A model generated the notes under the pieces. The model did not search any database and was not told the origin of the DNA. It saw only the letters and a program-made list of their open reading frames with translations. This document shows positions 55,501-64,000 of a DNA stretch of 64,000 bases, piece by piece. The DNA comes from an uncultured virus (IMG/VR IMGVR_UViG_3300009008_000008). Taxonomy: Duplodnaviria > Heunggongvirae > Uroviricota > Caudoviricetes. A program made the position numbers and the translations under genes. Within the stretch, counting starts at the first letter, position 1. Every line of letters begins with the position of its first letter. The DNA lies in the IMG/VR virus record IMGVR_UViG_3300009008_000008, positions 62,001 through 126,000 of that record. One strand, given 5' to 3'.

Positions 55501-57375
55501 ATGGCTATCAAGATAATCGATCCCAAACAGGCGTCCTATGCGAAGGTCTTCGAAGACCTCCAGAAGAATGTTGAGGCGCGTGTTGACTTCAATAGCTGGA
55601 AAGATTTCTACGAAAGCGGTAGTGGTGTTACCGTCACCCAGTTGTTGGCAGGTCTCGGTTCCTTTTTGTCCTACAACTCTCTGGCTTCACGCCGTGAGAG
55701 CGGTCTTTACACAGCCAAACTCCGCAGCTCTCTTTACAGCCTTTGCGATACTCTAGGTTATCCCCCAAACCGAAAACTCTCCGCTCAACTCCGCCTACAG
55801 ATGACTATCAACCAACCTCAGTTCTGGGACCGTACGATCCCTCTCGGGGTTCTAGGTGGTGTTTCTTTGTCCTTGATCGATAGTCATCATTTTACAGGTG
55901 GTGACCACCTCATTAACGTGGTATGTGGAGAGTGGGAAACCTTTACTTATACATCTGACACCAACAGGGCGTTCGCTGAGATCCAGTTTCCTGACCTGGA
56001 TATTGACGCGATTGATAACCGGTTTATCGAGCTCTACATCAACGGCGAAAAGATCGAGCTTACCCTGTACCCGGAAGAGATGACGGAACAGAACGTCCTA
56101 CTCAAAACAATGGCGGATAGGCTGTCCTTGGTCTTTGGGTTCCAAAATCTGGGTCGCCAGCTTCTTAAGGGAGATAACATAGAGCTCAAGTATATCAGGG
56201 TCCACGGGGTTCCAACAACGGGCTATAACTTACCGAATGCCCAGCTGGATATCGAGGGTGTGGTTGCTCATGACATGCAGTTGATTGAGAACCTCGCTGC
56301 CCCTGACCCAATGATTAAGCTGACGCGGGTAGCCAGTGGTTACTTTGCCTCCAAACGTCGGATGGTTTCACGTGAGGATCACGAGTTCCTTATCATGAGC
56401 TATGAGGGCATCATATCTGCCAAGGTTAATCCCGGTTGGTGTCAGATCGAGGATGGTGAAGGGAACATCACCAACTATTACGAGAAATATTTCTCACCCA
56501 AGGAATGCCGTGAAGCAGGAGGTAATTGGAAACGCCCTTTTGAGTGTTGTACCATCGAGATCGCTTATCTATACATTGATGAGCACATTATGCTGGATAC
56601 CGAAGAGGACCACATCTTAACCTATTTGGATGAGTTCCGGATGCAAGGCGAAGAGATCATTTTTCGGGACCCAGAAGTTGTATTGGTAGACGCACAGGTC
56701 GTGATTGTGATGCAAGAGGGTACGGATACTGCAGGGTTTGATGATTACATGCGGGATGCCCTTGAGAAGCAGATGTTTATCCTAGGGGGTAAGTTTTCGA
56801 CGGCGGAGATTGTAGCGGCAGGTAATATGTTGGATGGTGTTATCAGAACTTATTTGACCAAACCTATCGCGGACCGTCAACTCCCCTTCTGGAAGTACTT
56901 CAAGCTGCGTACGGTAGCTGTGACCTACACGACTGACCAAGCAGAAGTGCTTGAGTTTGGTTCCTCTCCTGATAGTGGTTACCAGCAGGATTGTGTTTAC
57001 GGGGCTCTTTGCTTACACATTGCCAAAGGTGGTGAGGGTAACACTGGTGAGTTTGAGATCTGGGTTGACGGCCAGTTGTGGCGTACAGAGACGACCGACG
57101 TTCCTTACAACTCTACTGGTGAATGGGACTTCCTGTCACTCGAGGAACTCTACCTCAGTTCCAACATCAACCACCAGGTTATGATTAAACCAGTCAATGC
57201 TAACAGCCATATCTTGGTGAACAAGATTGTGTATGATGCTCGTGGGTATGAGGCTAAGACTGACGGCGCGGTAGGCGCCACCCAAGGCGCCGCCCATAGT
57301 GGGGCTGTTGAGTTTGATTCTTACGTCAAACTCAACCAGCATGGAACCCTGACGTTTAACGTGATGCCAGAGTGA
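55501..57375 (+). CDS. Baseplate wedge protein (gp6/J-like) with C-terminal beta-sandwich extension
   Basis: SWKDFYESGSG, TAKLRSSLY...LGY, RMVSREDH. Confidence 0.8.
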   Translation: MAIKIIDPKQASYAKVFEDLQKNVEARVDFNSWKDFYESGSGVTVTQLLAGLGSFLSYNSLASRRESGLYTAKLRSSLYSLCDTLGYPPNRKLSAQLRLQMTINQPQFWDRTIPLGVLGGVSLSLIDSHHFTGGDHLINVVCGEWETFTYTSDTNRAFAEIQFPDLDIDAIDNRFIELYINGEKIELTLYPEEMTEQNVLLKTMADRLSLVFGFQNLGRQLLKGDNIELKYIRVHGVPTTGYNLPNAQLDIEGVVAHDMQLIENLAAPDPMIKLTRVASGYFASKRRMVSREDHEFLIMSYEGIISAKVNPGWCQIEDGEGNITNYYEKYFSPKECREAGGNWKRPFECCTIEIAYLYIDEHIMLDTEEDHILTYLDEFRMQGEEIIFRDPEVVLVDAQVVIVMQEGTDTAGFDDYMRDALEKQMFILGGKFSTAEIVAAGNMLDGVIRTYLTKPIADRQLPFWKYFKLRTVAVTYTTDQAEVLEFGSSPDSGYQQDCVYGALCLHIAKGGEGNTGEFEIWVDGQLWRTETTDVPYNSTGEWDFLSLEELYLSSNINHQVMIKPVNANSHILVNKIVYDARGYEAKTDGAVGATQGAAHSGAVEFDSYVKLNQHGTLTFNVMPE

Positions 57376-57379
57376 CCTG

Positions 57380-60300
57380 ATGGTAACCAAAACTCCGCAC
57401 TCGATGCGGATTTTTAACAAGTCAATTGCCAACGTAGAGGACTATTTTCCATACGAACTCCGCGGCGAACCCCTGTACCAAAAGGTTGCAGAGCTCTCCC
57501 AATGGATTGTCGAGGAGTTCCATGATAAAGACATCCGCAAGGTCCGTAACTTTTGGAACGCGGGCCATGAGGATTTCGATGCCTCTGCTGTCCTCAAGAT
57601 GCTTGGTGGGGAGATCTACGACAAACATCTCTTTAATGAGACATCAAAGACGACCCTCACACACCTCATAAGCCGCCTTTACAACCTCAAGGGTACCTAT
57701 AAGGGCCTTCGCTTGTTGCTGGGCTTGTTGGACCTTGACGGGACTGTGTACGAATGGTGGAAAATCAACCGTGACATTGAACGTCAACAAGGTGAGTGGG
57801 AAACCTGGATCGCCGACCCGTCTATCGGTGAAGACGGGATGGAACCCTGCACGGTTATCATTGATCTTGGTGTTGGTGACTGGGTTCTCGATGAAACCCT
57901 AGACGAACGCCTCGCACTCCTGATCCAGACCTTTTTGTGGGTATGCGTCAAGGTTGACGAGATTCGTTGGCTCAAGCCCATCATTGATCAGGTAGAGTCT
58001 AGTACCTTATTCAATTCTGAAATGGAGATTTATACCGCCGACCGGTATAACGCTCTCCGCTTTTATTGCCCTAACGTTCCCATTGTTGGGATTGGTTGGG
58101 ACACTCCCACTAAAGTCTATGATTGTCCAATTGTAGGTGAGTTCACCGTTCTCTCCATCACAGACCCAAATCGTGTGTTGGTATTGGCCGCCGACCACTA
58201 TTACGAAGAAGAGTTACCTTTGTGGTACGGTATCGACCCAGATTGGGTATGGTATGTCGGTGAAGGCGGATACCTCATTCCGGGAGAGCATCGTGAATTT
58301 ACCCTGACAGTCGGTGAATTTGTTGTTGGGGAAGGATACGACGTTACTGTAGGGTTGGACTGGAGCCTACAGGTCCAACCGGATATTTGGGTTCCCGAAT
58401 CCCCGGGAATCCAATACGTAGGTGAATGCCCTGGCTTTCCTGGGTTTCCAGTCGCTGGTTCCATTATTGAACGGATTGAACAAACTCACGAGGTGGAAAC
58501 ACCCTACCAGATTATTAATGAGTTTGTTGTTAGCCCAGAGAGGGTCGTTTCCGACCAGTATGTAGTCTGGGCGCCGTTACCCCTACCTTGGTCTGAGGAG
58601 TGCTGGCAATACGTAGGCACTTTTGATGTAGGTCCTGATGAGACGGTAGGTGTTAACTGGAGGCAGTATGAGTACTTCCCCTCAGGGATTCAGATTACCC
58701 ACCAAGAGATTGGTCTGGCTGAGGATCATTTCATCAACGCCAGTATCCTGTCAGAGTTGGATTTTCCGACTATCATGGCTGTGGCTGAGGATTCAATCCC
58801 AGAAGATCTTGCCTACCAAGTGGATTGGGCGCAGTTTACAGGAGGTGACTTGATCGCAGAGCGTTTCCTTGAGGTGGGGGACGCCGTTGCTAATCCAGTG
58901 GTGGGTGGTTTTAACGTCGGAGACTTTACCGAGGACTTCACAATCCTTGAGCGGCACTACAGCCGACAAAATGAGGATGGTACTTACTACTATCTAAACT
59001 GGTTGGAGATGCCCCTTCAAGAGGTAGAACTCTCCAATCGGGTGATCGTCTCGACCGACAATCTGGTAGGTCACTTCACAGTAGGTGCCTACGAAGTTGG
59101 ATCCACCTTGATCGTTGGAGATTTCAAAGTAGGTGATTGGTCACACCATGTCCTCCCAGCAGACGCCAATATATATGCCGCAATGGCGGACCTACAATCG
59201 CATACCGAACTAGGATTTGACAATGTTTCGCCAGACTTGAGACAGGACCTTTTTGGTGACATTGAAACGTCCGCTGAAGAACTAGAGTCCGCGTTCCTGA
59301 CATCGGTTGTCGGGGACTTTATTATTGGGGATGGAACACACCTTGCAGGGTACGGTTCACACCTTAGCCACATTGAGACAGTAGAAGGTGCGTTCTACGG
59401 TCCCTACTCTCGGTCGACTCCGAGTTGGACAGAAGCCAGCGGTGAACACCACCTGTACCGGGCTGGCGGCCAGCATACCATCGGATCCTTTGTTGTTGGT
59501 GGGGGGTACCAAGAACTTCTGCCGTGGTTCCAAGCTGATACTGAAATTGATTGGGCGACCGTTATTCCGGTTGATGACCCCTACGAGGTGTTACTAGAAG
59601 AGCGGGCAGTTGATCATTGGTTGGACCTCGACAAGAATCGATTTGACTTCTCTTATTTGGAGGACCTAGATCCTGTTCTAGTACGCGTAGGTGATCCGCT
59701 TGTCGGCGCTTTCGATGTCGGTCAAGTACTAGCTCGTCGTACTTCTGACAAACATTGGTTTCACCACCATCATGACGTGGTTGAAGTTGGAGCCTTTCAC
59801 GTAGGTGAGATTGATGTGGGACAGGTCCACGAACACAGGGACCTTGAGGGGCCGTGGCCTGTAGTCGGCGTCTCCCACCTCAGGCAACCGGAACAAGAGG
59901 TGGGCTTTGTTGGTCACTACTCTGCTAACCCAGAGGCCACTGTAGGCGCTTTCATTGTAGGGGCTCATGCGGTAGGAAGCCTTACGGTCGGGGACTTCAT
60001 CGTTGGTAACTCTAACTACCACGTGTTGCCAGATTCCGTCCACTATGTTACCTCCAACCTGACTCTCTCCCAAGAGGTAGAATCTTTTGCCGGGACCATA
60101 GATTCAGATGATAGTTGGGGCCAACAACAGGTTGAAACAGAGATCTGGACAAACCTTCAACTAATCGTCGGGCAGTTTGTTGTTGGTGCCGAGGTTGTTC
60201 GTGGTTGGGGTTCTTCTCTGCATACGCTGGAAGATGAAGTCCTTGCTTCTGCTTATGATGTGTCCCAGCCCTACGTCGAAGCAGAAGCCCAGTCAGTTCC

Positions 60301-63300
60301 CAACCTGGTAGGTACCATCGTTATTGGGCAGTTCGTTGTCGGTCCTTCGATTAACCTTGAGTGGTTTGGCCACGATGAAGTAGACTCAATTACCACGAAC
60401 GTGCCCAGTGATGACCTCCTGGGGTTTGCTCCTACCCTCGAGGACCTTGCAAGTGACCTTAGGGCTCAAGACCCCCTAAGGTTTGTCCTAGGTGCCCTCG
60501 AGGGATTGGTAAGCAGCGCCCCTGTTCAGGTGAATGACTTTGAGGTCGGTGGCTTTACAGTAGGCGAACAGTACCAAGGTACTACAGACGGGCATTTTTA
60601 CAAGGAAGCCCTGGAATTTCCCTTGGTAGGGTCCTTTGATGTAGGGGCCACTGTTATCGAACCCTTCGTTCAAACTCGGTTGTATGGCCCACTATTAGTT
60701 GGGGAATTTGACGTTGGGTCCACTGAGATCGGCTCTGACGTTGAGGCCTCCCGTCTTTACGGTCCGACGGTTAATCCTGTCGCTATTGGTCATTTCCGTG
60801 TACCAGAACAGGAAGCTTATTTCGAGCAAAGGTTTAACCTGAGTCCTTCTTTGCTGGTCGGGGAGTTTACCGTAACGTCCCATGAGGTAGGGGGCTTAAC
60901 AGTAGGGTCCTTCATTGTTGGAGGTGCCGACCATCATGTGATCGAACACCAGGACTTCATCTTTGACCTCACGGGTGTTGGTCTCCAAGAAGCCCTAACA
61001 TCGACTGTTGAACTGGGAACCGACCAATTAGAGGTCGGAGACAGCCAGACTTCGATTGATACCCCTTACTCTGAAATCGTCGGAAAATTTGTCGTTGGCG
61101 CCGCCACTGTTAGCGGGATGGCGGACACTCTTGATAGTTCAACAACAGGTTCCTACTTTGAGAGTGCCTATGTTCCAACGTTTGACAACCAAGTGGATCC
61201 ACATGAGTTCGTTCCTAATTATGTGGGGGCCTTCCTCGTCGGTGAGTTTACGGTAGGCTTCAAGACAGATTGGACCCGGTTATCAGAAGAAGTTGGGGTC
61301 GAAACGTCGGTATCTGCCACAGATGAATTGGATACCTTGTCGGCTGTTGAGACTTGGACGGATCCCTATAACTTGGACCCGATGCGTTTCGACTGGAGTG
61401 TTCTCGAAGACCCCGAAGTCGAACACCATCCTACTCTTGTTGGACAATTTATAATAGGTGCCCATACCCTAGGAAATCTGCAAGAGCGTCACACCGCTAC
61501 TGACGGGCATTGGGTAGGGGACGTTGCTCGCTTGGTCGAAGTTGGTGAGTTGCTTGTAGGAGCTTTTGACGTAGGACAATCTTTGGTTGTCCCTACTTTA
61601 CATCCCGTTGGTTCTGACCCATTAGGTATCAGCCACTTACGGGCCCCTCACCAAGAACACTCGATGGTCGAAGAATTCCAGTTGAATGCTGGGGTTATCG
61701 TCGGTCGGTTTAACGTTGACTTGGTGGCTGTAGACGAATCGTTGGTTGTTGGGGCTTTCAACGTTAGTGGGGCAGAGGCTAACGTACTACCACACAAGAA
61801 CTACATCACAGACCAAATAGGCGTCCAGGAAGTATCTAACATAGAACAACCAGTTGGGGTTGGCCAAGAATTCGACCATCAATTGACGGTTGCTTATGAA
61901 GACAGCCAAATGGCGTTTGTCGGGTCCTTCCTTGTGGGAGAGGCCAATATATTTGGTCACACATCGGTTCAAGAAGCGGTTATCGAGGAAGGGTTCAGCG
62001 ACACTGTTACACCTCATGTCGTAGTGGTTGGTCCTCGATTAGTCGGTACCTTTAACGTTGGTGCGGACTCGGACTGGGTGGGTGCTGACGTTCATGTGGT
62101 CTATGAAGAACCTATGACCTCAGATGATACGTTTAATGCCCTCCAGAGGTCCTACCTCGCGAGTTCCCTGGATGGACTACCCTTAGATCGTTTTGACTTC
62201 TCGGGCCTGCCTAACACCTCTCAGGCCCCTTTGCAGGTGAACGGATTTATTGTTGATGATGGAACGGTGGTTGGCCAGCAGTTAGCTCAAGCGTCAGACG
62301 GTCATTATACAAGGACCGAATTCCTGTCCGAGGGTATCCCACATCTTGAATCCACCGTTTATCCACTGCTGGTTGGCGATTTCACGGTTGGGGTAGCAGA
62401 TGCCATAGGCGACCAGATTGCGGTTGATGAAGAGGTAGATAGTTATCAGTTCGAGAAAGTGCTAGAAGGGCCCGCTGGAGGTCTTCCAGGCGTGTCCCAT
62501 CTGACGTTCGGGGACCAAGACGTTGCCTATCAAGAAACTTGTGATGTTAATCCACGTGCCACCGTTGGGTCTTTTGTGGTCGGCTCTAACTTGGTCGGTT
62601 CTTTGGTCGTTAATGAATTCCTGGTGGGTGCTGCCGACTACTATGTAATGAGCGATGAGGATTGGACCGCCTCTGATCAGATCACTCACCTGGAACAAGG
62701 CGAAGCCTTCGATGACACCGCTCCTCCGATGGATTCTGCTTTTACCACAGGAACGCAAGGTACCTCGGTTACAACTCCGGTGACCCAGACCGTAGGATCT
62801 TTCATCGTTGGACAGGACATCGTTCGAGGACATACCTGCCAGTTAGACATTCACCAGGAATTGGGGGACGCGATCTTCCACGATGAATATAACACTTCAA
62901 TATTGGTCGGAGACTATCCTGTCGGGGCTTTTGTTGTCGGGCACCAAAATACCGATTTTCTCTCTGACATAAGGCAAGCGGTTGGCTTTGACCAACAGGT
63001 GGCTTCTGATGACAACCACCATGTGATGGCCGAAACGTCTTTGGAATCTACCCATGTAGGACTCCAGGAACTACCCCTACAGCTTTTGTCGGACCTACAT
63101 ACCATCGAGATCCCACAAATGGTTGGGCAGTTTGTTGTAGGTTCAGAATCTATGGTGGGTGCCCAGCAAGTAACAGGAACATCTGACGGTCACCACATGG
63201 TGCCACGGCTGGAGGTTCTTGAAGTCGGGGCTTTTACAGTCGGTTTTGTGTTGGTAGGATCCTATGAAGTACACGAAGAGTTGGTGCGTCCCTCAGATAT

Positions 63301-64000
63301 AGGGGCCTCTCACTTGTCTAGCCCTTACCAGGATGTTGAACTCTCAGACACGGTCAAGGTTAACTGTCCATTGGTTGTGGGTAACTTTAATATCTTCAGC
63401 CTGCCTGTAAGTGAAGACCTGATAGTAGACCGGTTCTTTGTAGGTGCTGCCACACATTACATCCAAGAGGACAAACCCTATGTCACTGACTGGTCCCAAG
63501 CCCTGGTAGAAGATTTTGACGTGGCAGGAAACCCTATAGGTGCCGAGGTAGTGATCCTTGGGTATCGCGAGGCTACCATTGAAAACAACCTTTACGATAA
63601 CTCAGGGGATGCTACGTCAGGGTTGGTTGAGAGCGTTTACATGGAAGGGCGTTTTGAATTTGACCTTCCCATGACTATCGAGGATCAAATCCTGGTAGAT
63701 GATGATTACTTAGAGGAGATGTTGGTAGCCATCCAGGACCAGCAAACCCTTTCGGATTCCTTGGACATTATCGAACTAGACGGTACTCGCACTACAACCT
63801 TGCCGGGTAACCAGATTCAGTCTGGGCATACCGATCAAGTGGTAACAGGCGCTTCCTTTGGTTTCGAGTCCACAGTGGCTATGGAGGAGGGACCCTACCC
63901 TGTTATAGGGACTTTCATTGTAGGGGATGGTACCGTAATATCAGGGGCTGAGAGTCGGCTGCAACTTGAGTATGAAGCCGACGATCTTATGTTCGCAGAC
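57380..64000 (+). CDS. Very large baseplate/tail protein (gp7/P2 gpI-like N-terminus plus acidic VGxFxVG repeats); partial
   Basis: ATG at 57380; frame apparently open to the window end (2207 codons, absent from the ORF track); YNLKGTYKGLRLLL...VYEWW motif. Confidence 0.8.
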   Translation, partial: MVTKTPHSMRIFNKSIANVEDYFPYELRGEPLYQKVAELSQWIVEEFHDKDIRKVRNFWNAGHEDFDASAVLKMLGGEIYDKHLFNETSKTTLTHLISRLYNLKGTYKGLRLLLGLLDLDGTVYEWWKINRDIERQQGEWETWIADPSIGEDGMEPCTVIIDLGVGDWVLDETLDERLALLIQTFLWVCVKVDEIRWLKPIIDQVESSTLFNSEMEIYTADRYNALRFYCPNVPIVGIGWDTPTKVYDCPIVGEFTVLSITDPNRVLVLAADHYYEEELPLWYGIDPDWVWYVGEGGYLIPGEHREFTLTVGEFVVGEGYDVTVGLDWSLQVQPDIWVPESPGIQYVGECPGFPGFPVAGSIIERIEQTHEVETPYQIINEFVVSPERVVSDQYVVWAPLPLPWSEECWQYVGTFDVGPDETVGVNWRQYEYFPSGIQITHQEIGLAEDHFINASILSELDFPTIMAVAEDSIPEDLAYQVDWAQFTGGDLIAERFLEVGDAVANPVVGGFNVGDFTEDFTILERHYSRQNEDGTYYYLNWLEMPLQEVELSNRVIVSTDNLVGHFTVGAYEVGSTLIVGDFKVGDWSHHVLPADANIYAAMADLQSHTELGFDNVSPDLRQDLFGDIETSAEELESAFLTSVVGDFIIGDGTHLAGYGSHLSHIETVEGAFYGPYSRSTPSWTEASGEHHLYRAGGQHTIGSFVVGGGYQELLPWFQADTEIDWATVIPVDDPYEVLLEERAVDHWLDLDKNRFDFSYLEDLDPVLVRVGDPLVGAFDVGQVLARRTSDKHWFHHHHDVVEVGAFHVGEIDVGQVHEHRDLEGPWPVVGVSHLRQPEQEVGFVGHYSANPEATVGAFIVGAHAVGSLTVGDFIVGNSNYHVLPDSVHYVTSNLTLSQEVESFAGTIDSDDSWGQQQVETEIWTNLQLIVGQFVVGAEVVRGWGSSLHTLEDEVLASAYDVSQPYVEAEAQSVPNLVGTIVIGQFVVGPSINLEWFGHDEVDSITTNVPSDDLLGFAPTLEDLASDLRAQDPLRFVLGALEGLVSSAPVQVNDFEVGGFTVGEQYQGTTDGHFYKEALEFPLVGSFDVGATVIEPFVQTRLYGPLLVGEFDVGSTEIGSDVEASRLYGPTVNPVAIGHFRVPEQEAYFEQRFNLSPSLLVGEFTVTSHEVGGLTVGSFIVGGADHHVIEHQDFIFDLTGVGLQEALTSTVELGTDQLEVGDSQTSIDTPYSEIVGKFVVGAATVSGMADTLDSSTTGSYFESAYVPTFDNQVDPHEFVPNYVGAFLVGEFTVGFKTDWTRLSEEVGVETSVSATDELDTLSAVETWTDPYNLDPMRFDWSVLEDPEVEHHPTLVGQFIIGAHTLGNLQERHTATDGHWVGDVARLVEVGELLVGAFDVGQSLVVPTLHPVGSDPLGISHLRAPHQEHSMVEEFQLNAGVIVGRFNVDLVAVDESLVVGAFNVSGAEANVLPHKNYITDQIGVQEVSNIEQPVGVGQEFDHQLTVAYEDSQMAFVGSFLVGEANIFGHTSVQEAVIEEGFSDTVTPHVVVVGPRLVGTFNVGADSDWVGADVHVVYEEPMTSDDTFNALQRSYLASSLDGLPLDRFDFSGLPNTSQAPLQVNGFIVDDGTVVGQQLAQASDGHYTRTEFLSEGIPHLESTVYPLLVGDFTVGVADAIGDQIAVDEEVDSYQFEKVLEGPAGGLPGVSHLTFGDQDVAYQETCDVNPRATVGSFVVGSNLVGSLVVNEFLVGAADYYVMSDEDWTASDQITHLEQGEAFDDTAPPMDSAFTTGTQGTSVTTPVTQTVGSFIVGQDIVRGHTCQLDIHQELGDAIFHDEYNTSILVGDYPVGAFVVGHQNTDFLSDIRQAVGFDQQVASDDNHHVMAETSLESTHVGLQELPLQLLSDLHTIEIPQMVGQFVVGSESMVGAQQVTGTSDGHHMVPRLEVLEVGAFTVGFVLVGSYEVHEELVRPSDIGASHLSSPYQDVELSDTVKVNCPLVVGNFNIFSLPVSEDLIVDRFFVGAATHYIQEDKPYVTDWSQALVEDFDVAGNPIGAEVVILGYREATIENNLYDNSGDATSGLVESVYMEGRFEFDLPMTIEDQILVDDDYLEEMLVAIQDQQTLSDSLDIIELDGTRTTTLPGNQIQSGHTDQVVTGASFGFESTVAMEEGPYPVIGTFIVGDGTVISGAESRLQLEYEADDLMFAD

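Noticed and set aside
57422..63105. Many short ORFs in the last 6.6 kb
   Set aside because: All overlap the single open plus-strand frame starting at 57380.
1..64000. CRISPR array, integrase, IS element or stop-codon reassignment
   Set aside because: No regularly spaced repeats or recombinase/transposase motifs were seen; conserved genes are full length under the standard code and all three stops terminate genes.

Overview
This 64 kb window is part of a large (jumbo-type) myophage genome; the standard genetic code gives intact genes. The left half is mostly minus-strand. It holds an NAD+-dependent DNA ligase cut short by an abutting PD-(D/E)XK homing-type endonuclease, putative head/neck proteins, topoisomerase IB, a RuvC-like resolvase, a sigma-like protein and an HNH-RHH protein. 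It also has an RNA-rich island (13.6-16.45 kb), type IIA topoisomerase subunits, queC, two alphaCTD-like paralogs, a catalytically dead ligase paralog, and a hairpin-rich noncoding region before a wHTH + family-A-polymerase-like gene. From 35.8 kb a plus-strand virion operon follows: scaffold, decoration, major capsid, sheath, tube, chaperone, tape measure/lysozyme, T4-like baseplate genes and a >2200-aa repeat protein that runs off the window. The strongest novelty candidate is a ~250-nt ncRNA (14091-14343, minus) that reproduces the 23S rRNA uL11-binding GTPase-associated centre (H43/H44) with a ~190-nt structured insert. It lies next to an anticodon-less tRNA-like RNA, other atypical tRNAs and two further structured RNA candidates. 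Two promoter classes are visible: sigma70 consensus promoters and an intergenic TGTAAATA motif. All protein calls come from recognising motifs by eye; no database searches were run.
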